Shown: positions 1 through 9,336 of the stretch, piece after piece
Position numbering within the stretch: the stretch's first letter is position 1
How the letters are laid out: each line of letters opens with the position of its first letter
IMG/VR virus record: IMGVR_UViG_3300032238_000944
Coordinates: 1-64,000 of that record
Strand: one strand, 5' to 3'
From: a virus
DNA length: 64,000 nt
The notes under the pieces: generated by a model
Databases searched by the model: none
What the model was told of the DNA's origin: nothing
Seen by the model: the letters and a program-made list of their open reading frames with translations, nothing else
Made by a program: the position numbers and the translations under genes

Positions 1-2358
1 ATAGCAGGTCCTGTAATGGATACTATTATTAATTTTTCTGGAATGTTATTGAATGGAATGGTATCATTTGTAGATGCTGGTTATAAAGCAGTTGATGCTA
101 CTCGTGGTTTAGTTGGCAAAACATTTGGAGAAGATGCATTAAAGAATTTTGATAAACTTGCAGGTGATTTTGAGAAATTTATGAATCTCGCCATCATTGT
201 TGGAATGGCAAGTGCTGATTTTGGAATGGAGCGTCTTAGTACTAGGGGAGGAGCAAAAGTTGCTGGTGCAGCATTAACTTCGGGAGCAAGAAAAGTAGGA
301 TTTAGTGGTTATGGTGCTGGCACCGCAATGACTCCAGGAAGATATCGTATGCCTGGACAAGCTGCTGCAGGAGGATTTGAACTAGAATCAACAAGAAAAG
401 CTCTTAGTTTTGAACAATCTGTGGCTTTAAGAGCAGGAACAAGAGCAGAAACAAAATTGGGCGCCAAGATAGGATCCAAAGTACTTAAAGCAATTCCATT
501 TTTAGGTGCTGGACTTGCAATTGTTGAAGGTATAATGAGAATTAAGGATGGTGATTATGTTGGAGGATTGCTTTCCTTTGGTTCTGCAATTCCTGTTGCT
601 GGTTGGGCATTTTTAGCACTTGATATTGCTCGTGAATTTATGGGTGGGCCAGAATTTGATAAATCTGTTGGAAGAGCATTCAGTGGGAGATCTGGATTAA
701 CGGATAGACAGGTTCAGCAAAGAACACCATCTGTATCTGGTCCTTCCATTATGGGACTTGCTGGAGGAGGTTCAACATCACCAGTTAGAAGAAAAGTTTC
801 TAAAGTTAAAAGAAAAGTTTCTGCAAAAGCACCAACTACAAAAGTAAAACCTGGTTCTTCAGTTGGTGGCAAACAGAATATCGTAAAAATATTCCCAGAA
901 AGCAAAAAAAATTCTAAGCAATCAAATCCTCTTGGATACCTTGAGGGTTCTGCAACATCCTTAGGAAAGGCACCAAATTTTGGTCCACTCTTCACCATTG
1001 CGATGAAGACTGTTCTTGGAGAAAAACCAACATTAACAGATTATAAAAATGCTGGAATAGGATTGAATGCTTGGGCAGCAAATAGTATTACAAATGTTGG
1101 AGGATTTGCTAGTGGTGGTGAAGTAGATGGAAGAATGCTTTTTGCTGGTCAAGACATGAGTGATGCAATTGCAAAATCAATTCAAACTTCAGTGTCATCA
1201 GAAGTTGATAGAACAATTAATGATTTGATGAAGCAATTGACATTACAAACAATTGGTCCTGATGTAGAAAGTATGAAAGAAACTCCTGGACAACCTGGAC
1301 AAATGGCACCTGGTTCCGTTGCTGGAGGTCAATTAACAGTTGGACAATTGGTTGGATTGGCAAAAGGAGCAGGATTTTCCGAAAATGAAGCTGTTATTAT
1401 GGCAGCAATTGCATTAGGTGAATCTGGTGGCAATTCTAATAAAACCAATTTTGTTCCTCCCGATAAATCCTATGGTCTTTGGCAAATTAATATGATTGGC
1501 GGTCTTGGTCCTGCAAGACTAAAAGAATTTGGATTGAGCAGTGAAAGTCAATTATTAGATCCAGTAACAAATGCTAAGGCAGCATATGCAATTAGAAAAA
1601 GTCAGGGTTTAGGTGCTTGGACAGTTTATAAAGCAGGAATATATAAAAATTATTTAAAAGAAGCTGAAGCGGCAAGAGGTGCTCCTTCATTAGCAACATC
1701 GCCTGTTGCTGGTGGAGCAAAAGGATATTCTGGATATATTACTGGAGATCCATCAAGTCCAAATTATGATCCTTCTCATGGAGGTAATAATTATCACGAT
1801 CACCTATCATTCAAAGATAGAGCAACAGCAGAAAGAGCATATAAATTTTTCCAATCAAAAGGATTTAGAGTTACCGAATTTAAAGGGTATAATCCTGTAG
1901 GAAGACATTCTCCAGGATCACTTCATTATTCTGGATTGGCATTTGATATTCCAGGATCTCAAGTTCCTGTTGGACAAGAAACAGCAATGTCAGCTAGGGT
2001 TAGATCTACTTTGTCACAATTTAATGCAATGGCAGTGGGTGGTAGAGTATCCAAACCAACTTTTGCATTGATTGGTGAAAAAGGTAAAGAATTTGTATTT
2101 GATGCTGATACTACAAAAGGTTTGGATCAAATGATGCCAGGCCTGTTGGATCATTTAAATGCTGCAAAGACTAAACCACAGTTAGCAAGTATTCTTAGAT
2201 CTTATTCAGATGACCCTGAAATGATTGTAATTCCAACTACACAATCATCACCACCACCATCAAAATCAATGTCCTCTGGAGGATACGCATCTTCTGGTAG
2301 TGTAAATAGTCAGGATAACTCCTGGATGTTTGATCGTCTAGCAACAGGAACTGGTTAA
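1..2358 (+). CDS. Tail/baseplate-associated muralytic protein (lytic transglycosylase + M15-like peptidase); probably 5'-truncated by the window
   Basis: Frame open from base 1; SLT-like motifs AIALGESGG, SYGLWQIN, GLGAWTVY; Zn-peptidase-like HSPGSLHYSGLAFD and YHDH; C-terminal ALIGEKGKEFV typical of phage tail proteins. Confidence 0.75.
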   Translation: MAGPVMDTIINFSGMLLNGMVSFVDAGYKAVDATRGLVGKTFGEDALKNFDKLAGDFEKFMNLAIIVGMASADFGMERLSTRGGAKVAGAALTSGARKVGFSGYGAGTAMTPGRYRMPGQAAAGGFELESTRKALSFEQSVALRAGTRAETKLGAKIGSKVLKAIPFLGAGLAIVEGIMRIKDGDYVGGLLSFGSAIPVAGWAFLALDIAREFMGGPEFDKSVGRAFSGRSGLTDRQVQQRTPSVSGPSIMGLAGGGSTSPVRRKVSKVKRKVSAKAPTTKVKPGSSVGGKQNIVKIFPESKKNSKQSNPLGYLEGSATSLGKAPNFGPLFTIAMKTVLGEKPTLTDYKNAGIGLNAWAANSITNVGGFASGGEVDGRMLFAGQDMSDAIAKSIQTSVSSEVDRTINDLMKQLTLQTIGPDVESMKETPGQPGQMAPGSVAGGQLTVGQLVGLAKGAGFSENEAVIMAAIALGESGGNSNKTNFVPPDKSYGLWQINMIGGLGPARLKEFGLSSESQLLDPVTNAKAAYAIRKSQGLGAWTVYKAGIYKNYLKEAEAARGAPSLATSPVAGGAKGYSGYITGDPSSPNYDPSHGGNNYHDHLSFKDRATAERAYKFFQSKGFRVTEFKGYNPVGRHSPGSLHYSGLAFDIPGSQVPVGQETAMSARVRSTLSQFNAMAVGGRVSKPTFALIGEKGKEFVFDADTTKGLDQMMPGLLDHLNAAKTKPQLASILRSYSDDPEMIVIPTTQSSPPPSKSMSSGGYASSGSVNSQDNSWMFDRLATGTG

Positions 2359-2363
2359 CAAAT

Positions 2364-3773
2364 ATGGCACAAGTATTTGAAACACGCAAAAAGAGTGAAA
2401 ATAATATTACCAAATTTGAGATCTATCCAAATAATGGTGGAGATCCAATTGATGTAACTCAGGGAGTTACAGAACTATATTATTATGAAAATGTATTATC
2501 TGAAAGTGTTAAACTTACAGTCTTTGTTGTTGATACTGGAAATGCACAAAAGGCTGATGATGGAACTGGAGGAAAGATTGGTATTGATGATGCTTTGAAA
2601 TTAGGTAATGGTGAAAAGATATACTTAGAATTTAATGATGGATGGTACGAGAAAGATAAAAAAGCATCGACCACAACATATCAACAAAAAAATCCACATA
2701 AACTTTCATTTGTATCGGAAAATACTGCATTGTATTTGAATGAGAAAGAAAAACTATCTGAGCATACACAAAAAAGTGTGTACATGTTTGATTTGGTATC
2801 CAAAGAATATTTGATGAATGAAAGTAAAAGAGTCAATAAAAGATATGATGGAAAAATTTCAGAATCTGCTAGAAAAATTTTAAAAGATGTATTAGAGACA
2901 AAAAAAGAACTTGATATTGAGGTATCTGAGAACAACTATAATTTTATTGGAACTGCTAAAAAACCTTTATGGACACTTTTATGGTTGGCTAAAAAAGCAA
3001 TTCCACAAAAGAAAAATGCAAATGGTAATACTGCTGGATATTTCTTCTTTGAAACTTATGATGGTTATAAGTTTAAGTCAATAGACACCTTACTATCAGA
3101 TACTGGTGAAGGAGATAATGGCAGTAAAGTTAAATACAAGTCTTATATCTTTAACAACAGCACATCATCCGTTGTTCCTGTTGGATATGATGGAAAGATC
3201 CTAAACTATGAATCATCAAATACGGGAAACTTTCAAAGTAATTTGATGACTGGTTCTTATAATTCTGCAAAAAATGCAGTAAATGCTTTTGATAGTTCCT
3301 TTAATCAGAATCAAATTGATATTTCAAAACAAATCAAAGGTGTAAGTATTGCAGGTTTAGATTTTAATTTCGTTAATAATGCATTCACTCAACTTCCATC
3401 TAGATTTTCTTGGAGTTTTGATTCTGTGGGTGTTCTACCAACAGGAAATAATTTAGAAGAACAACTTGACAAATCAAAGGAATTGGATATAGATAAATCC
3501 AAGATTCAAAACAGAGCAGCAGCAAGATATAATCAACTATTTACGATTAAATTAGAAATTATGATTGCAGGGGATTTTAGTCTTAGGGCAGGAGATTTGA
3601 TTTATTGTGATTTTCCAGAACTCACAAATAAAACAAATACTGGTAATAATCCACGTATGAGTGGTATATATATGATATCGGCTCTTTGTCACCGTATAGC
3701 ACATAATCAAACATATACAAAACTTGAATTGATTAGAGATTCCTATGGTAGAAAACCTAATAAAGTAAAATGA
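2364..3773 (+). CDS. Baseplate hub / virion structural protein (gp27-like position)
   Basis: Motifs YYENVLS, GYFFFETYDGYKFKSID, GDFSLRAGD, SGIYMISALCH, T.LELIRDS typical of T4-like hub proteins; upstream of gp5. Confidence 0.7.
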   Translation: MAQVFETRKKSENNITKFEIYPNNGGDPIDVTQGVTELYYYENVLSESVKLTVFVVDTGNAQKADDGTGGKIGIDDALKLGNGEKIYLEFNDGWYEKDKKASTTTYQQKNPHKLSFVSENTALYLNEKEKLSEHTQKSVYMFDLVSKEYLMNESKRVNKRYDGKISESARKILKDVLETKKELDIEVSENNYNFIGTAKKPLWTLLWLAKKAIPQKKNANGNTAGYFFFETYDGYKFKSIDTLLSDTGEGDNGSKVKYKSYIFNNSTSSVVPVGYDGKILNYESSNTGNFQSNLMTGSYNSAKNAVNAFDSSFNQNQIDISKQIKGVSIAGLDFNFVNNAFTQLPSRFSWSFDSVGVLPTGNNLEEQLDKSKELDIDKSKIQNRAAARYNQLFTIKLEIMIAGDFSLRAGDLIYCDFPELTNKTNTGNNPRMSGIYMISALCHRIAHNQTYTKLELIRDSYGRKPNKVK

Positions 3774-3988
3774 ACGACAGAACACTCCAACAACACATCA
3801 ATAACGATAAAGACGAACTGGATAATCCGAATACTAGTGGTCAACGTCGTCGCCATTTAGAAGCAGAATTAGATGCTTTAGAGCAATATCAAGTAAATCA
3901 TCCAGATGATGATCATGATCCAACAGGATTAGAACTTTATTGTGATTCAAATCCAGAAGCACTCGAATGTAGAATTTATGAAGATTGA
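3770..3988 (+). CDS. cp12: CP12 Calvin-cycle inhibitor (phage auxiliary metabolic gene)
   Basis: 72 aa acidic protein ending LELYCDSNPEALECRIYED, the CP12 C-terminal Cys-pair motif. Confidence 0.92.
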   Translation: MNDRTLQQHINNDKDELDNPNTSGQRRRHLEAELDALEQYQVNHPDDDHDPTGLELYCDSNPEALECRIYED

Positions 3989-3990
3989 TT

Positions 3991-6783
3991 ATGTCTGAAG
4001 CATTGTCCTCTGGTAATTTTGAATCTGATTTTATAACTCATCCGCCGAGGTGGTTTGGTAGAGTTGTATCTAAAGAATCTTGGACTGGGAATATCTCATC
4101 ATCAAAGACTACAAATGTTGGTGATAATAAAGGATGGGGTTATCGATATAAAGTAAGAATTTTTAGTTGGTATACGGGAGATACAAATACAGTTCCCGAT
4201 GATCAATTGCCAATGGCTAGTGTTGTTTTACCAACAACAGCAGGTTCTGGTATGGGTGGATCTGGAATGACACCATCTATTGAACCGGGATCACTTGTTA
4301 CTGGATTCTTCATGGATGGAATGGGAGGCCAAGAACCATGGATCGATGGCATTCTTGGTAACTCAAATAATAATATTCCAAAAAAACAAGGAGGAAAGTC
4401 CCCAACAGATAAAAAGGCTTTACCAACTCCACCAAATGTTGATCAGTTAAGTGCCGATTCTTTAAAAAGACTTTTAAATCCTGCAAGGACTCCAACATCA
4501 GCAGAGTTTGCTGCAGCATCTCAAGCAAGACAACTAGCAAAAGCAGCAGGACTTTCATCAGCAGAAGTTGAAAGGCAAGTGTTAATTGCAACAGTTAAAG
4601 CAAAAGATGCTGCAATTAGTCAACCATCTAAACCACAATTTCTTGGGTATTCTGCCTTAAATGATACCTTTAAAGATGGTACAAATCCAAGTAAGGTTCC
4701 TGATTTTTGTAGAGTGGGAGATGCCCCACTTTCAACATTTGATGCTATTCAATTAAAAGTAGAGTCAACTGCAAAAAGTCTCAAAGATAGTATCAAAAAG
4801 GTTCCTTTGTTGGATGTTTCCAAAGATGGAAATTCTCCAATAAAGGGAATTCAGCAAACAATGAAAAATTTCTTGAATACTGTTCAAGAATTAAAAAGGG
4901 AATATAATCAAGCAACATCTACTCAAGGAGATCCTACATTTTTAGAAAAAATTCAAAAAGTTCTTGGAGATGCTTCTAAAGAAATTGCAAAGTTTACTAA
5001 AAATATTTTAGGTGGAGTTAAATCTTTTATTTTTGATAAGTTAGATGTTAACATTAAAAAGATTACTCCATATTTGTTTCCAAGTGAAATGCCAAAATTA
5101 TATGATCTTGTAAATCAAGGATTAGATAAAATTTCTTGTCTTTTTAAAAATATTATTGGAGGTTTACAAGGATTGATTGGTGGACTTCTTGGAGGAATCT
5201 TAGATAAATTTGTGACTGCACCATCTTGTGCGGCACAGAATTTGATGAGTAAAATTTTAAATCCAATTCTTGCAATTCTTACTGGTGGATTAAGTTCAAT
5301 TTTAGGTCCGATTAATGCTCTTTTTAGCAGTGTAACAGGTATTACTTCTCTTGCAACAAATTTATTAGGAACAGCAACTTCTTCACTTGGAGGATTAGTT
5401 GGAAGTATTTCTGGAATTGCAGGTTCTGTTTCTGGAGTTTTTGGTCAACTTAGTGGAGTTGTTGGATCTTTAGGTGCGATTGGTGGTCAAATTGAAGGTC
5501 TTGGAGAACAAATTGGATCTGCATTGGGAAAACTTGGAGGTCTTTCTTTAGATGGACTTGGTTCTGATTTATTAAGTGCTTTAGATTTTATTCCTGGTAT
5601 TTTGAAATTCTTTTCTTGTGATGAACCACAGAAAAAACCATCATATAATACAATCACTCAGGATGGACCAGCAATTCCTGGTGCTCCTGGAGCAGATTTA
5701 TTTGGAAACATTTCAAAAGTCATTGGTTCTGTAACTGCAATTCAAGGCCAAATTGGAGGACTTGTAGGTCAAGTCACAGGAATTGTAGATCAAATTCAAA
5801 GTTTAATTTCATCAGGAGAATCTGTTCCTAACTATTTGCTTAATCAAGTAAGTGGAATTGTAGGTCAATTTAGTGGAATTGTTGGACAATTTGCAGATCT
5901 TGCTGATGGAGTTTCTGGTTCCTCTGGTAATTGTAACAAAGGTCCTGTTGCTTGTGGTCCACCAACTGTTACAATTTTTGGTGGTGGAGGAACGGGAGCT
6001 GCAGCAAATGCAGTTATTAGTCCTGAATCATCGTCAGTCATTGCATTTAATATTATAAATCCTGGAAGTGGTTATACAACTCCTCCTACTGTAGTTCTTG
6101 AAGATCCTTGCGGCCGAGGAAATGGTTCTTGTTTAGATGCAGTTATAGAAGATGGTAAACTTACTAATATTGTTATTTGTGCGCCTGGCAATGGATATTT
6201 ACCAGCACCAGATGGAAGTCTAGGTGGAGATGGTGCAACCTGGAAAGCAGCAGATGAAGGTTATGTTGAGTGTCCTGATGGAGATACATTCGTCGTTCAA
6301 CCAGGAAGACCAATTAATGTTGATGCAGGATGTACATATTATGCACCAGGACAACCACCAGTCGTTTTAGAACAGGCACAAACAATTACATTAGGATTGC
6401 AAGCAGTTCAACCACCAGCAGTAGAAACAACCCCTGTTCTTCTATGTCTTGATAGCATTGAAGTTGCAGATGGTGGATTTGGTTACGAGCAGGGAGATCA
6501 AATCATTATTACTCCAGATAATGGCGTTGTTGCCGAACCTGTAATTAATGATCGTGGCCAAATTGAGAGAATAAATATTGTATCTGGTGGTTGTGGATTT
6601 ACTGACTTACCAGAAATCAGAACAAATTCCGAAACTGGATTTAATGCAGAGTTTCTTCCAGTTCTCAAAGTTACACCTGTTGCGGATGTAACTGCAATTC
6701 CAGCAGGAATTCAAGTTGTTCAAGTTGTTGATTGTGTAGGAAAAATTCCACCAAAACAAGATTTCTTTACTGTTACTAGATAA
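3991..6783 (+). CDS. gp5: Baseplate hub subunit gp5-like (N-terminal OB fold)
   Basis: WFGRVV...GYRYKVRI...LP.A.V..P...V.GFF.DG...QEP.I.G gp5/VgrG OB-fold signature; Gly-rich helical middle; cyanophage GSGY repeats. Confidence 0.8.
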   Translation: MSEALSSGNFESDFITHPPRWFGRVVSKESWTGNISSSKTTNVGDNKGWGYRYKVRIFSWYTGDTNTVPDDQLPMASVVLPTTAGSGMGGSGMTPSIEPGSLVTGFFMDGMGGQEPWIDGILGNSNNNIPKKQGGKSPTDKKALPTPPNVDQLSADSLKRLLNPARTPTSAEFAAASQARQLAKAAGLSSAEVERQVLIATVKAKDAAISQPSKPQFLGYSALNDTFKDGTNPSKVPDFCRVGDAPLSTFDAIQLKVESTAKSLKDSIKKVPLLDVSKDGNSPIKGIQQTMKNFLNTVQELKREYNQATSTQGDPTFLEKIQKVLGDASKEIAKFTKNILGGVKSFIFDKLDVNIKKITPYLFPSEMPKLYDLVNQGLDKISCLFKNIIGGLQGLIGGLLGGILDKFVTAPSCAAQNLMSKILNPILAILTGGLSSILGPINALFSSVTGITSLATNLLGTATSSLGGLVGSISGIAGSVSGVFGQLSGVVGSLGAIGGQIEGLGEQIGSALGKLGGLSLDGLGSDLLSALDFIPGILKFFSCDEPQKKPSYNTITQDGPAIPGAPGADLFGNISKVIGSVTAIQGQIGGLVGQVTGIVDQIQSLISSGESVPNYLLNQVSGIVGQFSGIVGQFADLADGVSGSSGNCNKGPVACGPPTVTIFGGGGTGAAANAVISPESSSVIAFNIINPGSGYTTPPTVVLEDPCGRGNGSCLDAVIEDGKLTNIVICAPGNGYLPAPDGSLGGDGATWKAADEGYVECPDGDTFVVQPGRPINVDAGCTYYAPGQPPVVLEQAQTITLGLQAVQPPAVETTPVLLCLDSIEVADGGFGYEQGDQIIITPDNGVVAEPVINDRGQIERINIVSGGCGFTDLPEIRTNSETGFNAEFLPVLKVTPVADVTAIPAGIQVVQVVDCVGKIPPKQDFFTVTR

Positions 6784-6788
6784 ATTTT

Positions 6789-8105
6789 ATGGCTAAATCT
6801 AAAAATAATGAATCAAAAGAAATTAGAACAAAGGATGGTAATCTAAAATTTGGTCATATTCACGAAGATGAAATAATTTCTTCAGTTATGATGCAAGGTC
6901 AAAATGGCCTTGACTTCATTACAATTGATCAAACTGGAAAAAGGCAAGGTTGGATTTGGAATCGTTCCAGAGGTCGTTATCAAATTATAACCGGAGATAA
7001 TATTCCAGAAGATCAACCAGCAATTTATATCAGTTCTGCTGGTGGAGATGGAATGGCACCAGGTAACATTGAATTTGTTACCAAAGGAACTTTTAAAATC
7101 TGTGCAGAAAATATTGAGTTTATTGCATCAGGTAGCGACAATAATTCTGGAAATATTACATTACAAGGAAATCAAAATATCAAACTTGATGGTGGCAAAG
7201 CTATTAGTATTGACTCAAAAGAATCTACTTCAATTACTGCAGCAGCAGATTTGAATTTAACTGCAACAAATTCAATGAAAAATACTGCAGGACATCATCA
7301 ACAAAAAAGTAATGCAAGTGCCTCTAAAGAACCTGCGTTTCCTGTGGCTGGTAATGCAGACTTTCAGCATATTACCGGACAATTATTTGTAACCAATGCA
7401 GAATCAAAACCAAAAGCACTGGGAAGAGGTTCAAATAGAATTGATGGATCTGCCTATATGATGGGCCCAGTGCAAATTGGTAAAGACAGTGACTACTCTA
7501 AAGTAGATGCAACTGTAATGATTTCTAATACTAATAATGCAGACTGTGCAGTTCCAGAAAATGCATTATTTGTAAAAGGAAAAACAACAAATCAAGGAAA
7601 TCTTGCCGTAACTCAAAATATTTCTGCTGGAGGAGATATTTCTGCTGAAGGAAATATCACTGCATCAGAAGTCACTGCAGGTGGAGTTAGTTTAACATCA
7701 AGAAAAGCATTTGATATTCCACATCCCACTAAAGATGGGTGGAGACTTAGACATATTTGTCTAGAAGGCCCAAGTGCGGATGTCTATGTAAGAGGTAGAG
7801 TTACAAACAAAACTGCAATTGAATTACCAGAATATTGGATGGCACTAGTAGATCCAAGATCAATCACGGTATCATTAACTCCAATAGGTTCTCATCAGGA
7901 TGTTGTGATTAAAAGAATTTCTGACAATAGAGTATATCTTCAATCAAAAGGTGGAATGCCCATTGATTGTTTTTATCACATTTATGGAGAAAGAATGGAT
8001 GGAGAAAAACTAATTGTAGAATATAAAGGACAATCTGCAGAAGATTATCCAGGAGACAACAGCGCATACTCAGTTGCTGGATACCATTACGATCAGAGGG
8101 GTTGA
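6789..8105 (+). CDS. Baseplate spike / gp5 C-terminal-like structural protein
   Basis: Beta-helix-like repeats (ITLQGNQNIKLDG, ISAGGDISAEGNI); C-terminal KAFDIPHP...LRHICLEGP domain common in cyanophage structural proteins. Confidence 0.6.
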   Translation: MAKSKNNESKEIRTKDGNLKFGHIHEDEIISSVMMQGQNGLDFITIDQTGKRQGWIWNRSRGRYQIITGDNIPEDQPAIYISSAGGDGMAPGNIEFVTKGTFKICAENIEFIASGSDNNSGNITLQGNQNIKLDGGKAISIDSKESTSITAAADLNLTATNSMKNTAGHHQQKSNASASKEPAFPVAGNADFQHITGQLFVTNAESKPKALGRGSNRIDGSAYMMGPVQIGKDSDYSKVDATVMISNTNNADCAVPENALFVKGKTTNQGNLAVTQNISAGGDISAEGNITASEVTAGGVSLTSRKAFDIPHPTKDGWRLRHICLEGPSADVYVRGRVTNKTAIELPEYWMALVDPRSITVSLTPIGSHQDVVIKRISDNRVYLQSKGGMPIDCFYHIYGERMDGEKLIVEYKGQSAEDYPGDNSAYSVAGYHYDQRG

Positions 8106-8135
8106 CACCACACCCCAGATGCCTTATAATGGCCA
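8102..8135 (+). promoter_or_regulatory. Sigma70-type promoter with GGCCA discriminator
   Basis: TTGACA 8102-8107, 17-nt spacer, TATAAT 8125-8130, then GGCCA. Confidence 0.85.
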
Positions 8136-8157
8136 GGTAACAAACGGGGAAACCTGA

Positions 8158-8352
8158 ATGCTTAATGAGACCGATGAGTATCTGACACGATGCGTCGTAG
8201 ATACAAGCAAACGCAAATTTAATCTTTACTCCAATCTTGGAGAAGAAAAAGTTGTAACTTGCGATAACATTGATGAGTTTATGAATGTTCTTACGTTCGT
8301 TCGCAATACGATTGGCGAAGGAGATGAACTTGTTTACGCAGAACCACTATGA
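8158..8352 (+). CDS. Hypothetical protein
   Basis: 64 aa ORF directly downstream of a consensus promoter. Confidence 0.7.
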   Translation: MLNETDEYLTRCVVDTSKRKFNLYSNLGEEKVVTCDNIDEFMNVLTFVRNTIGEGDELVYAEPL

Positions 8353-8528
8353 GAGTAGAGACTAGAGAAGCAATGGAAATGTTGTTTTCAGCAAAATGGA
8401 ACTTGCCTAAAGCAGCAAAACATGCTAATCTAACCAACAAGGAATGCAAGATTGTTTTTAATGAATACTGCAATTTCCATCCACCCACTTATGTTTCAAT
8501 TCAGAATAATCAATTAGATTTATTCTGA
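8349..8528 (+). CDS. Hypothetical protein (59 aa, MRVETREAMEMLFSAKWNLPKAA...)
   Basis: ATGA overlap with the previous stop; below the ORF-track cutoff. Confidence 0.65.
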   Translation: MRVETREAMEMLFSAKWNLPKAAKHANLTNKECKIVFNEYCNFHPPTYVSIQNNQLDLF

Positions 8529-8536
8529 TTTTTTAT

Positions 8537-8621
8537 GGGAGCATGGTGGAATCGGTAGACACACCAGACTTAAAATCTGTTGAGCGTATAGCTCGTGGGA
8601 GTTCAAGTCTCCCTGCTCCTA
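8537..8621 (+). tRNA. trnL: tRNA-Leu (anticodon TAA)
   Basis: Acceptor GGGAGCA/TGCTCCT, D-arm GTGGAATCGGTAGACAC, anticodon arm CAGA-CTTAAAA-TCTG, long variable arm, T-loop TTCAAGT; no CCA, no intron. Confidence 0.95.
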
Positions 8622-8651
8622 TTCCCTACATAATACAACGGGAAAACCAAT

Positions 8652-8921
8652 ATGGGATACAAGATTGAAACAGCATATTGCTGGTACAACAAAGGAACTC
8701 AAATTGTTTTGATGTACTTTATCAATTCTATTCCATTTACATTTGATGAACTTCCAGATCTTGTGATGGAAGATCTTGAAATTATCAAAAAAGCAGATGA
8801 ACAACGTCGCTGGGAACCAGAAGATCTTTATAGAACTTCTTTCTATCTAATCGACGAAGAATGTCATCCAATGCTTTTTGATGTTGATTTAGAAAATCCA
8901 GAGGCACTTCCTGTGGATTGA
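8652..8921 (+). CDS. Hypothetical protein between the two tRNAs
   Basis: 89 aa ORF with normal codon usage. Confidence 0.7.
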   Translation: MGYKIETAYCWYNKGTQIVLMYFINSIPFTFDELPDLVMEDLEIIKKADEQRRWEPEDLYRTSFYLIDEECHPMLFDVDLENPEALPVD

Positions 8922-8926
8922 TTTTT

Positions 8927-8999
8927 GCCCTTGTAGCTCAGTTGGTAGAGCGCGGTTTTTGTAAATCCGATGTCGCTGGTTCAAGTCCAGTCGGGGGCT
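8927..8999 (+). tRNA. trnT: tRNA-Thr (anticodon TGT)
   Basis: Acceptor GCCCTTG/CGGGGGC, GCTCAGTTGGTAGAGC D-arm, loop TT-TGT-AA, GCTGG-TTCAAGT-CCAGT T-arm. Confidence 0.93.
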
Positions 9000-9017
9000 C
9001 TGAGTTTATAACTCCAA

Positions 9018-9173
9018 ATGTCACTTATTTCACAAAAAGACAGAGCACTTACAATCAAAGCATTAGAGCATTATACTGCTTCATTTAAGGATATTATGAC
9101 TGAAAGTGAAAGAGCAGAAGTTAATGCGCTTCTTAACTGGATCAAATTGGAATATAATAAAAATGAACATTAA
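9018..9173 (+). CDS. Hypothetical protein (51 aa, MSLISQKDR...LLNWIKLE)
   Basis: Short ORF overlapping the next start. Confidence 0.55.
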   Translation: MSLISQKDRALTIKALEHYTASFKDIMTESERAEVNALLNWIKLEYNKNEH

Positions 9174-9336
9174 ACTTTGGTACTGTGAAGGAATGAAACA
9201 ATGGAGATGGACATTGACAGACTCCTCACGTCCTATTCGTAAACAAGAATCTGGACAAAGACCATTTCTTCGTGATGCGATGAATGATGTTGCAAATACT
9301 GTTGAATATATGTTGGAAACAAAACAAAACGAATGA
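9163..9336 (+). CDS. Hypothetical protein (MNIKLWYC..MKQWRWTL)
   Basis: ATG 9163 preferred over GTG 9106; coupled to the next gene. Confidence 0.65.
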   Translation: MNIKLWYCEGMKQWRWTLTDSSRPIRKQESGQRPFLRDAMNDVANTVEYMLETKQNE

